From assembly GCA_041697335.1 (NCBI GenBank), contig JBGUGD010000038.1, positions 1 to 64,000 on the forward strand: 64,000 nucleotides of DNA, given 5' to 3'. Shown in pieces: positions 10,474 through 20,313 of this stretch; the first letter of the stretch is position 1; each line of letters starts with the position of its first letter. This DNA is from Vampirovibrionaceae bacterium NZW_1234. Lineage in GTDB: Bacteria; Cyanobacteriota; Vampirovibrionia; Vampirovibrionales; JAGQHJ01. The notes beneath the pieces are model-generated. The model searched no databases. It was given only the letters and a program-made list of their open reading frames with translations, and was not told the DNA's origin. The position numbers and the translations under genes are program-made.

Positions 10474-11265
10474 GTGTACCCCATTATGATGCGATTTCGT
10501 TTGGCCACCCTTTCGCTCGTACTTTTTACGGGCCTCGTGCTATGGGCCACTCCGGGGAATGCCCAATTCTATGGGAATGCCCAGCAGAACTCCGCTTCGC
10601 TCCAGGCAAGCCAGGGCGAGCCTCAGAATGTGTTGATTATCCTGGACGCATCGGACAGCATGAATGAACGGATGGGGCATCAGACCAAAATGGAGGCCGC
10701 AAAACAGGTTGTTCTGAAAACCATTCGCTCGCTTCCTCCCAATGTGAATGTCGGCTTGCGCGTGTATGGCCATAAGACCGGAAACCTTGGCATGATTTAT
10801 ACCCCCTTTGGCGGCTTTACAACAGGTGGCGAAGCATGTCGGCAGTCAGAGCTGAAGGTGCCTATTTCGGCCAACAATCGTGCCCAGATTGCCACGCAGA
10901 TTATGGATATTAATGCCGTTGGGAAGACACCCATTACCTATTCCCTGACGGAAGCCATTCGGCGTGATTTTAGTGGGGTTCGAGGCAAGAAGACTATTAT
11001 TTTGATTAGTGACGGCCGGGAAACGTGTGCTGCGAACCCGTGTGATGTAGCTGTCGATATGGTTCGGGCCGGAATTGATATCAAAATTAACACGGTCGGC
11101 TTTGGCACACACGATAAATTCGCGGATAATCAACTGCGCTGTGTGGCCCTATCCACGAAAGGCAAGTTCTACAGCACCAACACCATGGCTGAACTTGAGC
11201 GCAGCCTGCAAGACACTATGCAAGTTCAAACCAACATTAATGCCAAAATTCTTCCTGGGCCTTAA
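10474..11265 (+). CDS. secreted von Willebrand factor A domain protein
   Basis: Sec signal peptide; MIDAS motif ILDASDSM, GKTPI, ILISDGRETC. Confidence 0.9.
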   Translation: MYPIMMRFRLATLSLVLFTGLVLWATPGNAQFYGNAQQNSASLQASQGEPQNVLIILDASDSMNERMGHQTKMEAAKQVVLKTIRSLPPNVNVGLRVYGHKTGNLGMIYTPFGGFTTGGEACRQSELKVPISANNRAQIATQIMDINAVGKTPITYSLTEAIRRDFSGVRGKKTIILISDGRETCAANPCDVAVDMVRAGIDIKINTVGFGTHDKFADNQLRCVALSTKGKFYSTNTMAELERSLQDTMQVQTNINAKILPGP

Positions 11266-11420
11266 GCCTGCAAGAGACTTCGATTTTGTAATTCCCGATA
11301 ATGACGAAACCGGGGATGCACCCTGTCCGGCTCGTATCATTAACCGAGCCAGGGGACAGGTGGTAAAATAAAGTCAATATAGAAACGGATTACCGAAGAG
11401 TCTGGAGGACGAACCACACA

Positions 11421-11984
11421 ATGAAACGCACACTCACCGCTTTGAGCCTGGTGTTCCTGATGAGTGGCGCTGCTGGCGTAACCATTGGCGCACCTGTCAA
11501 GAAAAATTCCCCAACTGTAAAGCCTGCAGCTGCTGCCTCGAAAGCAACCAAGCCTGCTCCGAAGTCGACCATTCCCGACTCGGCTTATAAGAATATCTCT
11601 CCCTTGGATTTGGTTCGGGATCCGAACTCCTATCTGAATGATCGCGTTTCGTTTGAAGCGACTTTCAATGGCTTTAACCCGGTTGGCCTGGACTATAAAG
11701 GGGCGATGCGTTCGTCGAAGGATTATATTTCCTTCCTGGTTCAACGTCCCGATGTCACCCACCATGTCATCCCGCTGTCTGAATTAAAGCTGATCTTCCC
11801 GCGTAAGAAGGCGGAGAAAAGTCTCCTTGATGTCCAAACGGGTGACAAAGTTGCTGTAAAGGGCAAGGTCTTCAGCGCAGCGCTGGGAGATCCGTGGATT
11901 GATGTGGAAGATATGGTAATTACCCAGCCTGGCCCAGAACATGTCGCCAAGAATAAGAAGAAGAAATCCGGCGACCTGGAATAA
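11421..11984 (+). CDS. exported hypothetical protein, probable OB-fold
   Basis: Signal peptide MKRTLTALSLVFL, K/A/P-rich linker, GDKVAVKGKV beta pattern; GGAGG SD; followed by a terminator. Confidence 0.75.
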   Translation: MKRTLTALSLVFLMSGAAGVTIGAPVKKNSPTVKPAAAASKATKPAPKSTIPDSAYKNISPLDLVRDPNSYLNDRVSFEATFNGFNPVGLDYKGAMRSSKDYISFLVQRPDVTHHVIPLSELKLIFPRKKAEKSLLDVQTGDKVAVKGKVFSAALGDPWIDVEDMVITQPGPEHVAKNKKKKSGDLE

Positions 11985-12003
11985 TCAACACTCTTAAAAT
12001 CTT

Positions 12004-12036
12004 AATCCCCTGAAAGACCAGCTCTTTCAGGGGATT
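12004..12036 (+). terminator. intrinsic terminator hairpin
   Basis: AATCCCCTGAAAGA-ccagc-TCTTTCAGGGGATT, perfect 14-bp stem just after the stop at 11984. Confidence 0.8.
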
Positions 12037-12190
12037 GTTCTTGGCAGGCCGTATTCAGACTGAAATATGGAGGAAACAGGCCCTCGCTTTCTTTCCAAGC
12101 CAAGGGTGTTACAGATTTGCCTTGAATGCTTGAAAGTCACTTACGTTTTGTGTAGTTTTGGCATGGAATCAATCGCTAGGGAGTTAATTC

Positions 12191-12565
12191 ATGAACGTTC
12201 GCTTATCCCCTCTGAAATTTGCTCAAAACGGTGTTGTTGCAACGATTGGGAAAGATCGTTTCATCAATTCGGACTTGATGAGAGCGAATTACGACTACTT
12301 TATGGCAACCAAACAGCAATCTCATATTGAGAGCTTCGAGCGCGCCGCTGCCGACTACACCAAGGAAGGTCGTGCTACCGATGCCCAGGTGCTTCGGAAG
12401 TTGAGCGCCGACTTGCGTCGCTCCTCAACCGAATTGCTGGGAAAAGCCAGCCGAGTGTTTAACAAGTTCTCTCTGAAGCAGCAGTTGGAAGCGTCTGTCG
12501 CATTTCGGCGGATGTTTAACCTGCCCGAAGAACAGAAGAAGGCTGCCCGTTCTTTCGTGGCTTAA
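12191..12565 (+). CDS. hypothetical helical protein (124 aa) with N-terminal PLKFA variant motif
   Basis: AGGGAG SD, coding-like composition, followed by a terminator. Confidence 0.75.
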   Translation: MNVRLSPLKFAQNGVVATIGKDRFINSDLMRANYDYFMATKQQSHIESFERAAADYTKEGRATDAQVLRKLSADLRRSSTELLGKASRVFNKFSLKQQLEASVAFRRMFNLPEEQKKAARSFVA

Positions 12566-12588
12566 GCCAAATTTACTCCAATTTTACC

Positions 12589-12622
12589 AAACTCCCCCGA
12601 AACGCATGTTTCGGGGGAGTTT
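12589..12622. terminator. bidirectional intrinsic terminator
   Basis: AAACTCCCCCGAAAC-gcat-GTTTCGGGGGAGTTT between convergent genes. Confidence 0.85.
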
Positions 12623-12682
12623 TCCAGAATGCAGAATGGGTGGTGGTGTGTGGGTGTCGAAGAAGAGGAGAAAACCTAAATC

Positions 12683-13582
12683 CTAAATCGTGACGTCGAA
12701 GACTTCCCGGACAACCGTGCGAAGCACTTCTTCGGGAATTTCCTCATGAACATTGGGGTCGTTGGACTCAACCTGAAGCGCTTGGGCTTTCGGCAAATTG
12801 GCCCGAACCACCGTCATTGCAGACGCCAGAGATTGGCAGAATGCCCGGGCAGCATGGGAGGGGACATTGTTTGTGAGGTTTGCAAGAATGCGACTTTGAA
12901 CTTCCTCAGTCATTCCCTGAAAACCCAGACCGCTCGCGGTTCGACTGATGGCCTGAACCGCATCCCGGTTGTTCAGAGGCTGTAGCGTGATACGGTTGGC
13001 GGAGGGGAATACTTCATTCAGATCGTTATAGGCTTCCTCATTCATCATTTGAACCGTATCCAATAAGTCCGGAACGGTCTCACTGATGATCATCAGTCGG
13101 TTGTTGGTTTCATTGGCCAACCGTCTGAGCAAGGGCATCGGGTTCCCTGCAATGCAGCCAATACCAACTTCTTGAGCCAGAACGACAATACGACCGGTGG
13201 GATGCTGGTTTACAAAGTCTTCGACACCTTCCAGTCCCGTCGGGCCATTAATGGTATAGACAGGAATATTTTCACGCTGTAACAAGCGCTCCAAGCGCCC
13301 TAACAAGGTCGACTTTCCGCAACCGCCATCGCCCAGCATCATAATGTGCTGGCCATTATTGGCTTCACTGCGAATATGGGTCATCAGGTTGTCTTCAATG
13401 GTGCCTGGAATTCCGCGAGGATCGGGGCGAGAGGCATATACGGCATCGTTGTAAACCAATTCCGTTTTCTGAAGCACGCAATTTCCGAGCGTGCTTAAGC
13501 CCTGCAAGTCAGCGCCAAAACGAGGCTTGGGTAAGGCTTTGGCACGAACGGCAGATTGAGGGGCGAGGCGGGTAACGTTCAA
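12683..13582 (-). CDS. P-loop (AAA+-like) ATPase domain protein with PRFG leader
   Basis: Walker A GDGGCGKST, degenerate Walker B IVVLAQE; TTG start with AGGAG SD. Confidence 0.75.
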   Translation of the reverse strand: MNVTRLAPQSAVRAKALPKPRFGADLQGLSTLGNCVLQKTELVYNDAVYASRPDPRGIPGTIEDNLMTHIRSEANNGQHIMMLGDGGCGKSTLLGRLERLLQRENIPVYTINGPTGLEGVEDFVNQHPTGRIVVLAQEVGIGCIAGNPMPLLRRLANETNNRLMIISETVPDLLDTVQMMNEEAYNDLNEVFPSANRITLQPLNNRDAVQAISRTASGLGFQGMTEEVQSRILANLTNNVPSHAARAFCQSLASAMTVVRANLPKAQALQVESNDPNVHEEIPEEVLRTVVREVFDVTI

Positions 13583-13813
13583 GGTGGAAGCTCCTATGAG
13601 ATTTAATTCTAACTCTAAATCATGGAGAGATATTTCCTACTACGTCGTAGGAGTAGGGAGGGGAGATGGTACAACTAAACCCTGTCCCATGATCAAATTG
13701 CCCCCCGATTTCGTAAACTTTTTGAAATCAAATCCAGAGTCGACTGGATATCAACTGTATCCTTTGTGGCGATCTTGGCATACAGACCATTATCTCCCTG
13801 TGGAGGAGTTAGT

Positions 13814-13842
13814 TTGACACTGGCCGTTGAGCCAACTACAAT
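13814..13842 (+). promoter_or_regulatory. sigma70 promoter of tRNA-Cys (TTGACA-N17-TACAAT)
   Basis: Near-consensus hexamers with a 17-nt spacer, 12 nt upstream of the tRNA. Confidence 0.8.
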
Positions 13843-13854
13843 CAACTACATTAA

Positions 13855-13929
13855 GGCGACATGGCCAAGTGGTAAGGCAGGAGTCTGCAAAACTCCCATT
13901 CCCCAGTTCGAATCTGGGTGTCGCCTCCA
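13855..13929 (+). tRNA. tRNA-Cys (GCA)
   Basis: GGCGACA/TGTCGCC acceptor stem, anticodon arm GGAGT-CTGCAAA-ACTCC, TTCGAATC T-loop, encoded CCA. Confidence 0.97.
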
Positions 13930-13937
13930 AGTTTTTA

Positions 13938-13964
13938 GAGCAGGTCCGAGGACCTGCTCGTTTT
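13938..13964 (+). terminator. intrinsic terminator after the tRNA
   Basis: GAGCAGGTCC-ga-GGACCTGCTC followed by GTTTT. Confidence 0.75.
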
Positions 13965-14283
13965 CTATGTCCGAATATTCATAGGTCGACTCGGGGGCGG
14001 ATACCTGTGATTCTTCCTGGACGAGCAAAAACAAGCATATAGCCTGAGTTGATCTCGGGAGGCTCGGCCATCCAGCAAGGCATAAACACTCTCTTGAAGG
14101 ACGTTTTATTCGTTCTAGCTCTGACCGGTGAATTGTCTCTTAGAAGTTCTGAATCGGAGCCCTATCTCGGACCACTCCCGGGTCCCAAGGAATAAGTACG
14201 AGAGTGTGTATTAAAAAACTTTAATCGAGGATAAGACCAGATGTAATAGTCTGGAAGATAAATGCCCTCGATAGATTGGTATG

Positions 14284-16407
14284 TTACCCATCGAACTCAG
14301 GCCGGAGATTTGCCGGAAGAAAGAAAGTAAAAACTGAGCCACTGCCTTCAAGACTTTCGACTGTAATACGTCCGCCATGCAATTCCACCAGACGTTTTGT
14401 CAGGGCTAAGCCCAGCCCCGTTCCTTCATATTGACGGGAAATAGAACTATCCACCTGGTAAAATTCAGAAAAGAGCATCGGCAGTTTACCTTCTGCAATA
14501 CCAATACCCGTGTCCTGAATTTCACTGACAACCCACTGGTTATCAGCCGTTTTAAAAACATTCACCGTAACATGTCCGAAGTCTTGATTGAACTTAATGG
14601 CATTGCTCATCAAGTTGAAAAAAATCTGGCGTAATCGATCAGGATCCGCGTGGATTCCATCCAGCTGAGGCTGTATGTGACACTGAATATGAACGTGCTT
14701 TTGCTGTGCATTTACGTTGAGTAAGTCTAACAGCTGATCAACAAAGGGCCTGAGCTGAATGTGCTCAATCTTGAGTTCAATTTTGCCCGCTTCCGCTTTT
14801 GCCAAGTCTAAAATGTCATTGACCATCGCAAGAAGATGATGGCCACTGGTGGCAATGTTATTAACATACTTCGCTTGTTTTTCTGTCAACGGGCCTGCCA
14901 TATTTCTGACCATCATTTCAGAATACCCAATCACACTATTCAAGGGCGTTCGCAGTTCATGGGACATATTTGTCAAAAACTGGCTTTTTTTACGGTTGGC
15001 CTCTTCCGCCGCTTCTTTGGCTTCCTGTAATTCAAGTTCCATAGCCTTTCGCTCGGTAATATCGGTATGAACACCCACCCACTGCTGAATAGAACCATCT
15101 TGATTTAAAATAGGAATCGCCCGAATTGAGAATTGGCGCCATACACCATCGTAACGGCGAACACGATGTTCAAACTCAAAGGGCTTTTGCTGACAAACCG
15201 CTTCGTTCCAGGCGTCAACAGTGGGCTGTGCATCATCAGGGTGGACAGCATCCGACCATCCATAACCTTGATATTCTTCATAGCTCTGTCCCGTCAGTGA
15301 TGCCCAGCCGGGCTGTTCACCTTCCATTTGACCTTGAGCATTATTTGTCCAAAGAATCCCATGAACAGCTTGAATGGCAGCGCGAAAACGTGCTTCGCTT
15401 TCTATGATTTTTGATTCGGCCTGCTTGCGTTGGGTAATGGTCTCGCTATAAATAATAATCCCCCCAATACAATCATCTTGGCGTTTCCACCAGGGGTGGA
15501 CCTCCCAACGCAACCATTCTACTTGTCCCGTGTGTGGGTTGGTATAGCAATCCTCGTCACACTTTACCACTTCACCTTTTAAGCCCCTTTGATGTGCCTC
15601 TTTCCAGTGTTGGGGCATATCGCCAAAAATATCATAGTGGTTTTTGCCAATCACATCTTTAGATAAATGGTAATCTGCCAACCAACTATTACTGGCTACT
15701 AAATAGTGCATGTCGCTATCGAACATCGCAACGGTAATTGGACTATTCTCAACAAACAGACGGAAAATTGCTTCACTTTCCTTTAGTGTTCTTCCTGAGT
15801 GGATTCGATCCGCAATCTCCGGTCTTGAATCGGACAATGTAATCGTGTCCTCAGCTTGACTTAGCCGTTCCTGAGTTTCTTTTAATAAAACGTTTTTTTG
15901 ATGCAATTGCCGAGCAAGCTGACTTGTCTCAACGGCACTGTCCACAGCGTATTGCAGAAACTCAGGTGTTAATTGCTCTTTGCAGAGGATTCGGCAGGTT
16001 GATACGACAACATTATTCTCGGGATTTTGAAATGCCGTATTTGGTAATGCCTCCCCGGCTTCGGTAAGCAATAAAATAGCAACCGCTGTCTCTTGAGCAC
16101 ATTCAACCACATCTTGCCAACACATATCCGCAATTTGGGTATCCAGAATCAGGCAATCCAAAGTCGTTTCAGAACACAGTTTCAGAGCCTCAAAACCTGA
16201 AGCAGCCGTGCGAATCCTATAGTTTTTCAGAGAACAACTTTTTCTGTTAAAAAAATGGAGATACTCCTGCTGAACATCCAAACAGGACGTCACAATCAGA
16301 ATGTTTTGCGTATTGCTCAATGTAGTTTGAAGTAATGACATAGGGGGAAACCTAGATACTGCCTCATCCTGATCTATATAATCCTGACTTCGGTATACGG
16401 TAGGCAA
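14284..16407 (-). CDS. sensor histidine kinase (degenerate N-terminal receiver, two PAS/PAC, HisKA, HATPase)
   Basis: H-box FLTNMSHELRTPL, N-box NLMSNAIKF, G-boxes DTGIG and GTGLGL; PAS motif VHPDD; the true start may be MSLLQ at 16341. Confidence 0.93.
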   Translation of the reverse strand: MPTVYRSQDYIDQDEAVSRFPPMSLLQTTLSNTQNILIVTSCLDVQQEYLHFFNRKSCSLKNYRIRTAASGFEALKLCSETTLDCLILDTQIADMCWQDVVECAQETAVAILLLTEAGEALPNTAFQNPENNVVVSTCRILCKEQLTPEFLQYAVDSAVETSQLARQLHQKNVLLKETQERLSQAEDTITLSDSRPEIADRIHSGRTLKESEAIFRLFVENSPITVAMFDSDMHYLVASNSWLADYHLSKDVIGKNHYDIFGDMPQHWKEAHQRGLKGEVVKCDEDCYTNPHTGQVEWLRWEVHPWWKRQDDCIGGIIIYSETITQRKQAESKIIESEARFRAAIQAVHGILWTNNAQGQMEGEQPGWASLTGQSYEEYQGYGWSDAVHPDDAQPTVDAWNEAVCQQKPFEFEHRVRRYDGVWRQFSIRAIPILNQDGSIQQWVGVHTDITERKAMELELQEAKEAAEEANRKKSQFLTNMSHELRTPLNSVIGYSEMMVRNMAGPLTEKQAKYVNNIATSGHHLLAMVNDILDLAKAEAGKIELKIEHIQLRPFVDQLLDLLNVNAQQKHVHIQCHIQPQLDGIHADPDRLRQIFFNLMSNAIKFNQDFGHVTVNVFKTADNQWVVSEIQDTGIGIAEGKLPMLFSEFYQVDSSISRQYEGTGLGLALTKRLVELHGGRITVESLEGSGSVFTFFLPANLRPEFDG

Positions 16408-16671
16408 AAGTAATTTTAAATGGCGTTATACAGTACTGTTTGCTGAAAGCCCAAATTATCTTGATGATCAACCAAATACAAGCACACCTACTCACGAGAG
16501 GACCGTATTTGACTCAGAGGCTCTAATGTACATTTTCTAGAGCAATAGGCAATGATGGACAAACTCATTGTGACACCCAAGGTACAAAGGTTCAAGTAAG
16601 GCAAGGGAATAATTTCTATTCATACCATGATCATAGCAGAGACTTCTGTAGGGCTAGGCCATTTCAACGTT

Positions 16672-16706
16672 TCATCCCCGACAAATATGGATTTTGTCGG
16701 GGATGA
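16672..16706 (-). terminator. hairpin, probable terminator of the FHA-domain gene
   Basis: TCATCCCCGACAAA...TTTGTCGGGGATGA, 14-bp stem about 50 nt after the stop at 16757. Confidence 0.7.
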
Positions 16707-16756
16707 GATTAGGTCTAACGAGTTGATGATTAATAGGAGCTTTCTATTGCTGTTTT

Positions 16757-18250
16757 CTATTGTTCTTTGGGCAATAGTTTTTTAATATCAGCCATTACAG
16801 GCGTGATTTTCTGCTCTAGGTAGCTGAGAGGCAGAAAAGCAGCGGTAGCTTCGGCCAGGTCAAAAATAGGTGCATTTTCTTTGGCAAGCTGGCGAAGTGC
16901 GGATTCCTTGTCACCTTCATCTGAAAGAGCTTGAACAGCCTCGTATCGACGATTGAGCTCAGCGGCTGCAACCTCAAAACGAACATTGGCCGGATACCAG
17001 AATTTTAAATCCACATCGGCACCAGCCTGCCGAGCCTCAGCTTTCGCTTTCAAAATCCGGTTGACTTCTTTGAGTTGATCGCCAGGAGACAACTCGGGTA
17101 AAGCTGATGGGGGGTTCACAGACACTTGAGGTGCGATGAGATCCAATGCTTCCAACATAGAGGGGCTGGCGATCATGCTTCTGTCTATGGAGAGAGGTTT
17201 GGGAACCTGAGTTTGAGCACGACCCGGCAATCCACCCACCTGAGTTTGACGACGCACCTTATATTCCGTAAACCCTTCGGAGAGCAGTCGATTAATATCT
17301 TCGCTCTGATCAGGACGCATGGGTTCAAAAGAAGCAGCAACATGGGTCTGCCCCTTACCAGCGCTATATTGTTGGCGGTTGAGTTCCTGGTGAGCCTGCG
17401 CCGCCAATTCAAAAATGCTCAATGTGACTTGCCGGGCATCAACTTTCGTGTACCCATAGTAGTTTTCCAGCTTATCTTCCACCGTGCTCATAAACTGAGG
17501 GTTCCTCAATAAGGCGTAGAAAGCCGTCCGCTGCTCAACTTCACGGGCCGGTAAGTTTCTCAATTCCCGGGGATTCGCATAAATATCCTCGCTCAGCCGC
17601 TCCGTCAGTGCCTGAATCTGGTCCTGAGCAATCTGCCGAGTAAAGCTTGGCGAAGCCCCAGGCGGTAAAAGTGCAGGCGTTGGGGATCCGACACCGTTGA
17701 TTTGGATTGTTTGACCGACAAAGTAGAGAATACCGCCATTTTGCAATTCCACGGGTGTACCGGGCTTGTAGCGAAGACCTTTGGCCCGCGCAGGTTCCCA
17801 TGGTTGGGGATTACTCGGATCGACGGTGTATTGTTCTCCATTTAAAATTGTGGTTTTAGACGGGAAGAGATCGGTGGGTTTCATCGTAAAATAGGCGGAA
17901 CCATTCATGGTCCCGACATCTTGCACCGTTACTTTGGGACCTTCAGGGGTGTTGACTTTTTCAAAACGCAAATGATGTCGACTGATTTTTGTTAGCCTGC
18001 TTGGCATCACAATCGTATTGTCGTGCTCACGCCCGAGAGTAACCACATTAGGACCCTCACCGCCTCCAGGAAGTTCCTGACTGTCGGGAACTTTACTGAT
18101 CTCTACCAGAAACTCGGTCATAGACCGATCCAGCTGGGTTTGCTTGATACCGGGTTCACTGCCGGTGTCTGCACCAAAGCGAGGGCGATTTTGAACTTGT
18201 GCTGCTTGCGCTCCGTAGACAGCTGCAAAGCGTTGAATACTAGATACCAT
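16757..18250 (-). CDS. FHA-domain protein with PRFG leader
   Basis: FHA signature LGR...ISRHH...DVGTMNGS; helical C-terminal half of unknown function; AGGA SD. Confidence 0.8.
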   Translation of the reverse strand: MVSSIQRFAAVYGAQAAQVQNRPRFGADTGSEPGIKQTQLDRSMTEFLVEISKVPDSQELPGGGEGPNVVTLGREHDNTIVMPSRLTKISRHHLRFEKVNTPEGPKVTVQDVGTMNGSAYFTMKPTDLFPSKTTILNGEQYTVDPSNPQPWEPARAKGLRYKPGTPVELQNGGILYFVGQTIQINGVGSPTPALLPPGASPSFTRQIAQDQIQALTERLSEDIYANPRELRNLPAREVEQRTAFYALLRNPQFMSTVEDKLENYYGYTKVDARQVTLSIFELAAQAHQELNRQQYSAGKGQTHVAASFEPMRPDQSEDINRLLSEGFTEYKVRRQTQVGGLPGRAQTQVPKPLSIDRSMIASPSMLEALDLIAPQVSVNPPSALPELSPGDQLKEVNRILKAKAEARQAGADVDLKFWYPANVRFEVAAAELNRRYEAVQALSDEGDKESALRQLAKENAPIFDLAEATAAFLPLSYLEQKITPVMADIKKLLPKEQ

Positions 18251-18518
18251 AGATTCCTATCCTTTCCTTCGGGGAATGACTCTCTAAACTAGTTGGAAAA
18301 AAACCAGTGTGTGTTACCCACACAAAAGCAGCTGAAGATTATTTATTGCCAGGTATATTTCGGATTCCGATCAAGAGAAAAGTGAAAATCGTTTTCGGGG
18401 GTCTCAGCCCTCGCTGTTCGAAGGCCACACGCATTGTTAAGAATTGTAACTTTGCCGGATAATTATCACTGAGGTCACTGTTGCTGAATACTGCCAGAAA
18501 ACGTCAGATAGAATCAGG

Positions 18519-20111
18519 CTAGTGCTTACTGCAGCTGCGAACAGCGTTCAGGACAGAAGCACTATCAATCGAGGTTGATTGTGTTGGCATCGCTATTTTT
18601 CTGGTCAAATCATCCCATTCCAGTATCAGTTTTCCGCCGGTCTGGGTATGCTGTTCCTCCCAGTGAACCAAAATCTCTAAGCAGGCGTGATCAATATAAT
18701 GCAGGTGATCAATCAATACGTGGAGTTCTGAGCCGGGAGGGATGGCATCCAGAATCTCTACCAGTTTGGGCAGATTAATGAACGAAGCGCTGCCGAACAA
18801 ATCCAATGTCGTTCGGTTCTGAGATTCATCGCGGGCCAGGATAACATTAAAATAGGAATGCACGTGAAGAAGCTTAATAGCTGACGCCAATATCCCCACA
18901 ATAATGCCTTCTACAAGACTGGTCGTCACAACCATATACATGGTCAGAAAATAAATCACCAGTTCGCTACGACCAATGGTGGCCAAATGTTTGATAGCCT
19001 GTGGATCGATAAGACGATATCCTGTGTAGACCAAGATCGCCGCCAAGCTTGAGGTCGGGATCATTTCGAGAAATTGTGGAACAAAAATCACCAGGCCTAA
19101 AATCCACAGGCCATGGAGCATCGCTGAGAGTCGTGTTAAGGCACCTGCCTGAACGTTTGCAGCGCTTCTGACGATCACACCCGTTACGGGCAATGCACCT
19201 ACGAATCCGGCTAAGAAGTTGCCAATCCCCTGAGCTTGAATCTCCTGATCGTATCGGGTGTGTTGTCGTCCATGCATCAAGTCCACCACCGAAGCACTCA
19301 TCAAAGTTTCGGCACTGGCCACAAAGGCTACCGTTACAGCATAAATCCAGATGCGCTGATCGAATAACAAAGGCCATTGAACATGGAATCCGGGCCAGCT
19401 TAGAACCTGCCACAAATTATCCGGCGCTTGAATATAATTCACAGGAAGGTTCAGCATTGAGGAGATAACCACTGCGGACACAACGGCTACCAACGGAGCA
19501 GGTAGTATTCTCGATAGCTTCGGAATTGATTTCCAGACGACCAGAATCAAAATTGTCATGACCCCGAGCGCGGCAGCCAAATGATGGCTGGTCGTATTCA
19601 AGGCTTGAAACCCTTTGAAAAGGGTATGGGGGATGGCTAAAAGGTTACCTACCCCAGAGGTTTGAGGCGAAACATCGAACATGACATGAAACTGACTGGC
19701 AAAGATCAAAATACCAATGCCGGCGAGCATGCCTTGAAGCACAGCCGGAGAAACCGCTCGAAACCATTTGCCCCATCTTAGTGAACCAATGGCAATCTGT
19801 AAGAGCCCGGCCAGAAACACAATGGTACCGAACCCCTGAAGACCAAACTGGGGAACAATCTCTGCAACCACAGAGATAAGTCCGGCAGCAGGACCGGTAA
19901 CCTGCAGCGGACAACCGGAAAAGTAACCCACAACCAGCCCGCCAATAATCCCGGAAATCAATCCAAGAGCAGGTGGTAAACCGCAGGCCAGAGCAATGCC
20001 TAGACAAAGGGGCAAAGCAACCAGAAAGACCACAATGGAGGCCAGAAAGTCCTGTCTGATGTGATGCTGATGCTTCTTCCAAAAAGTACCCATGGATTGC
20101 ATGAAGGGCAC
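18519..20111 (-). CDS. SulP/SLC26 family inorganic anion transporter
   Basis: DFLASIVVFLVALPLCLGIALA, QVTGPAAG, PVTGVIVRS; C-terminal STAS-like YIDHAC. Confidence 0.93.
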   Translation of the reverse strand: MPFMQSMGTFWKKHQHHIRQDFLASIVVFLVALPLCLGIALACGLPPALGLISGIIGGLVVGYFSGCPLQVTGPAAGLISVVAEIVPQFGLQGFGTIVFLAGLLQIAIGSLRWGKWFRAVSPAVLQGMLAGIGILIFASQFHVMFDVSPQTSGVGNLLAIPHTLFKGFQALNTTSHHLAAALGVMTILILVVWKSIPKLSRILPAPLVAVVSAVVISSMLNLPVNYIQAPDNLWQVLSWPGFHVQWPLLFDQRIWIYAVTVAFVASAETLMSASVVDLMHGRQHTRYDQEIQAQGIGNFLAGFVGALPVTGVIVRSAANVQAGALTRLSAMLHGLWILGLVIFVPQFLEMIPTSSLAAILVYTGYRLIDPQAIKHLATIGRSELVIYFLTMYMVVTTSLVEGIIVGILASAIKLLHVHSYFNVILARDESQNRTTLDLFGSASFINLPKLVEILDAIPPGSELHVLIDHLHYIDHACLEILVHWEEQHTQTGGKLILEWDDLTRKIAMPTQSTSIDSASVLNAVRSCSKH

Positions 20112-20313
20112 CCTAACTCATTTGGATCAACGGCATAACTTCCTCTCATTTTCGGGAATCGGGTACGCCATAAACCTTTCCCTGTTATAATCCATGCTTT
20201 TATTATAGCGCTGGTTATAACGTTAGGACGTCTTGCATATCCAATTCGAAGTCTTCAAGACCCTTGGATACGCAAATCCATAGCGATAAAAATCTGTTAA
20301 AAGCTGAAAAAGA

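Noticed and set aside
10488..10510. MMRFRL at the start of the vWA protein as a member of the RFG-leader set
   Set aside because: It is the basic n-region of a normal Sec signal peptide, followed by a hydrophobic core.
13930..16700. Possible genomic island integrated at tRNA-Cys (AT-rich histidine kinase)
   Set aside because: No integrase, and no duplicated tRNA 3' end was found by eye.
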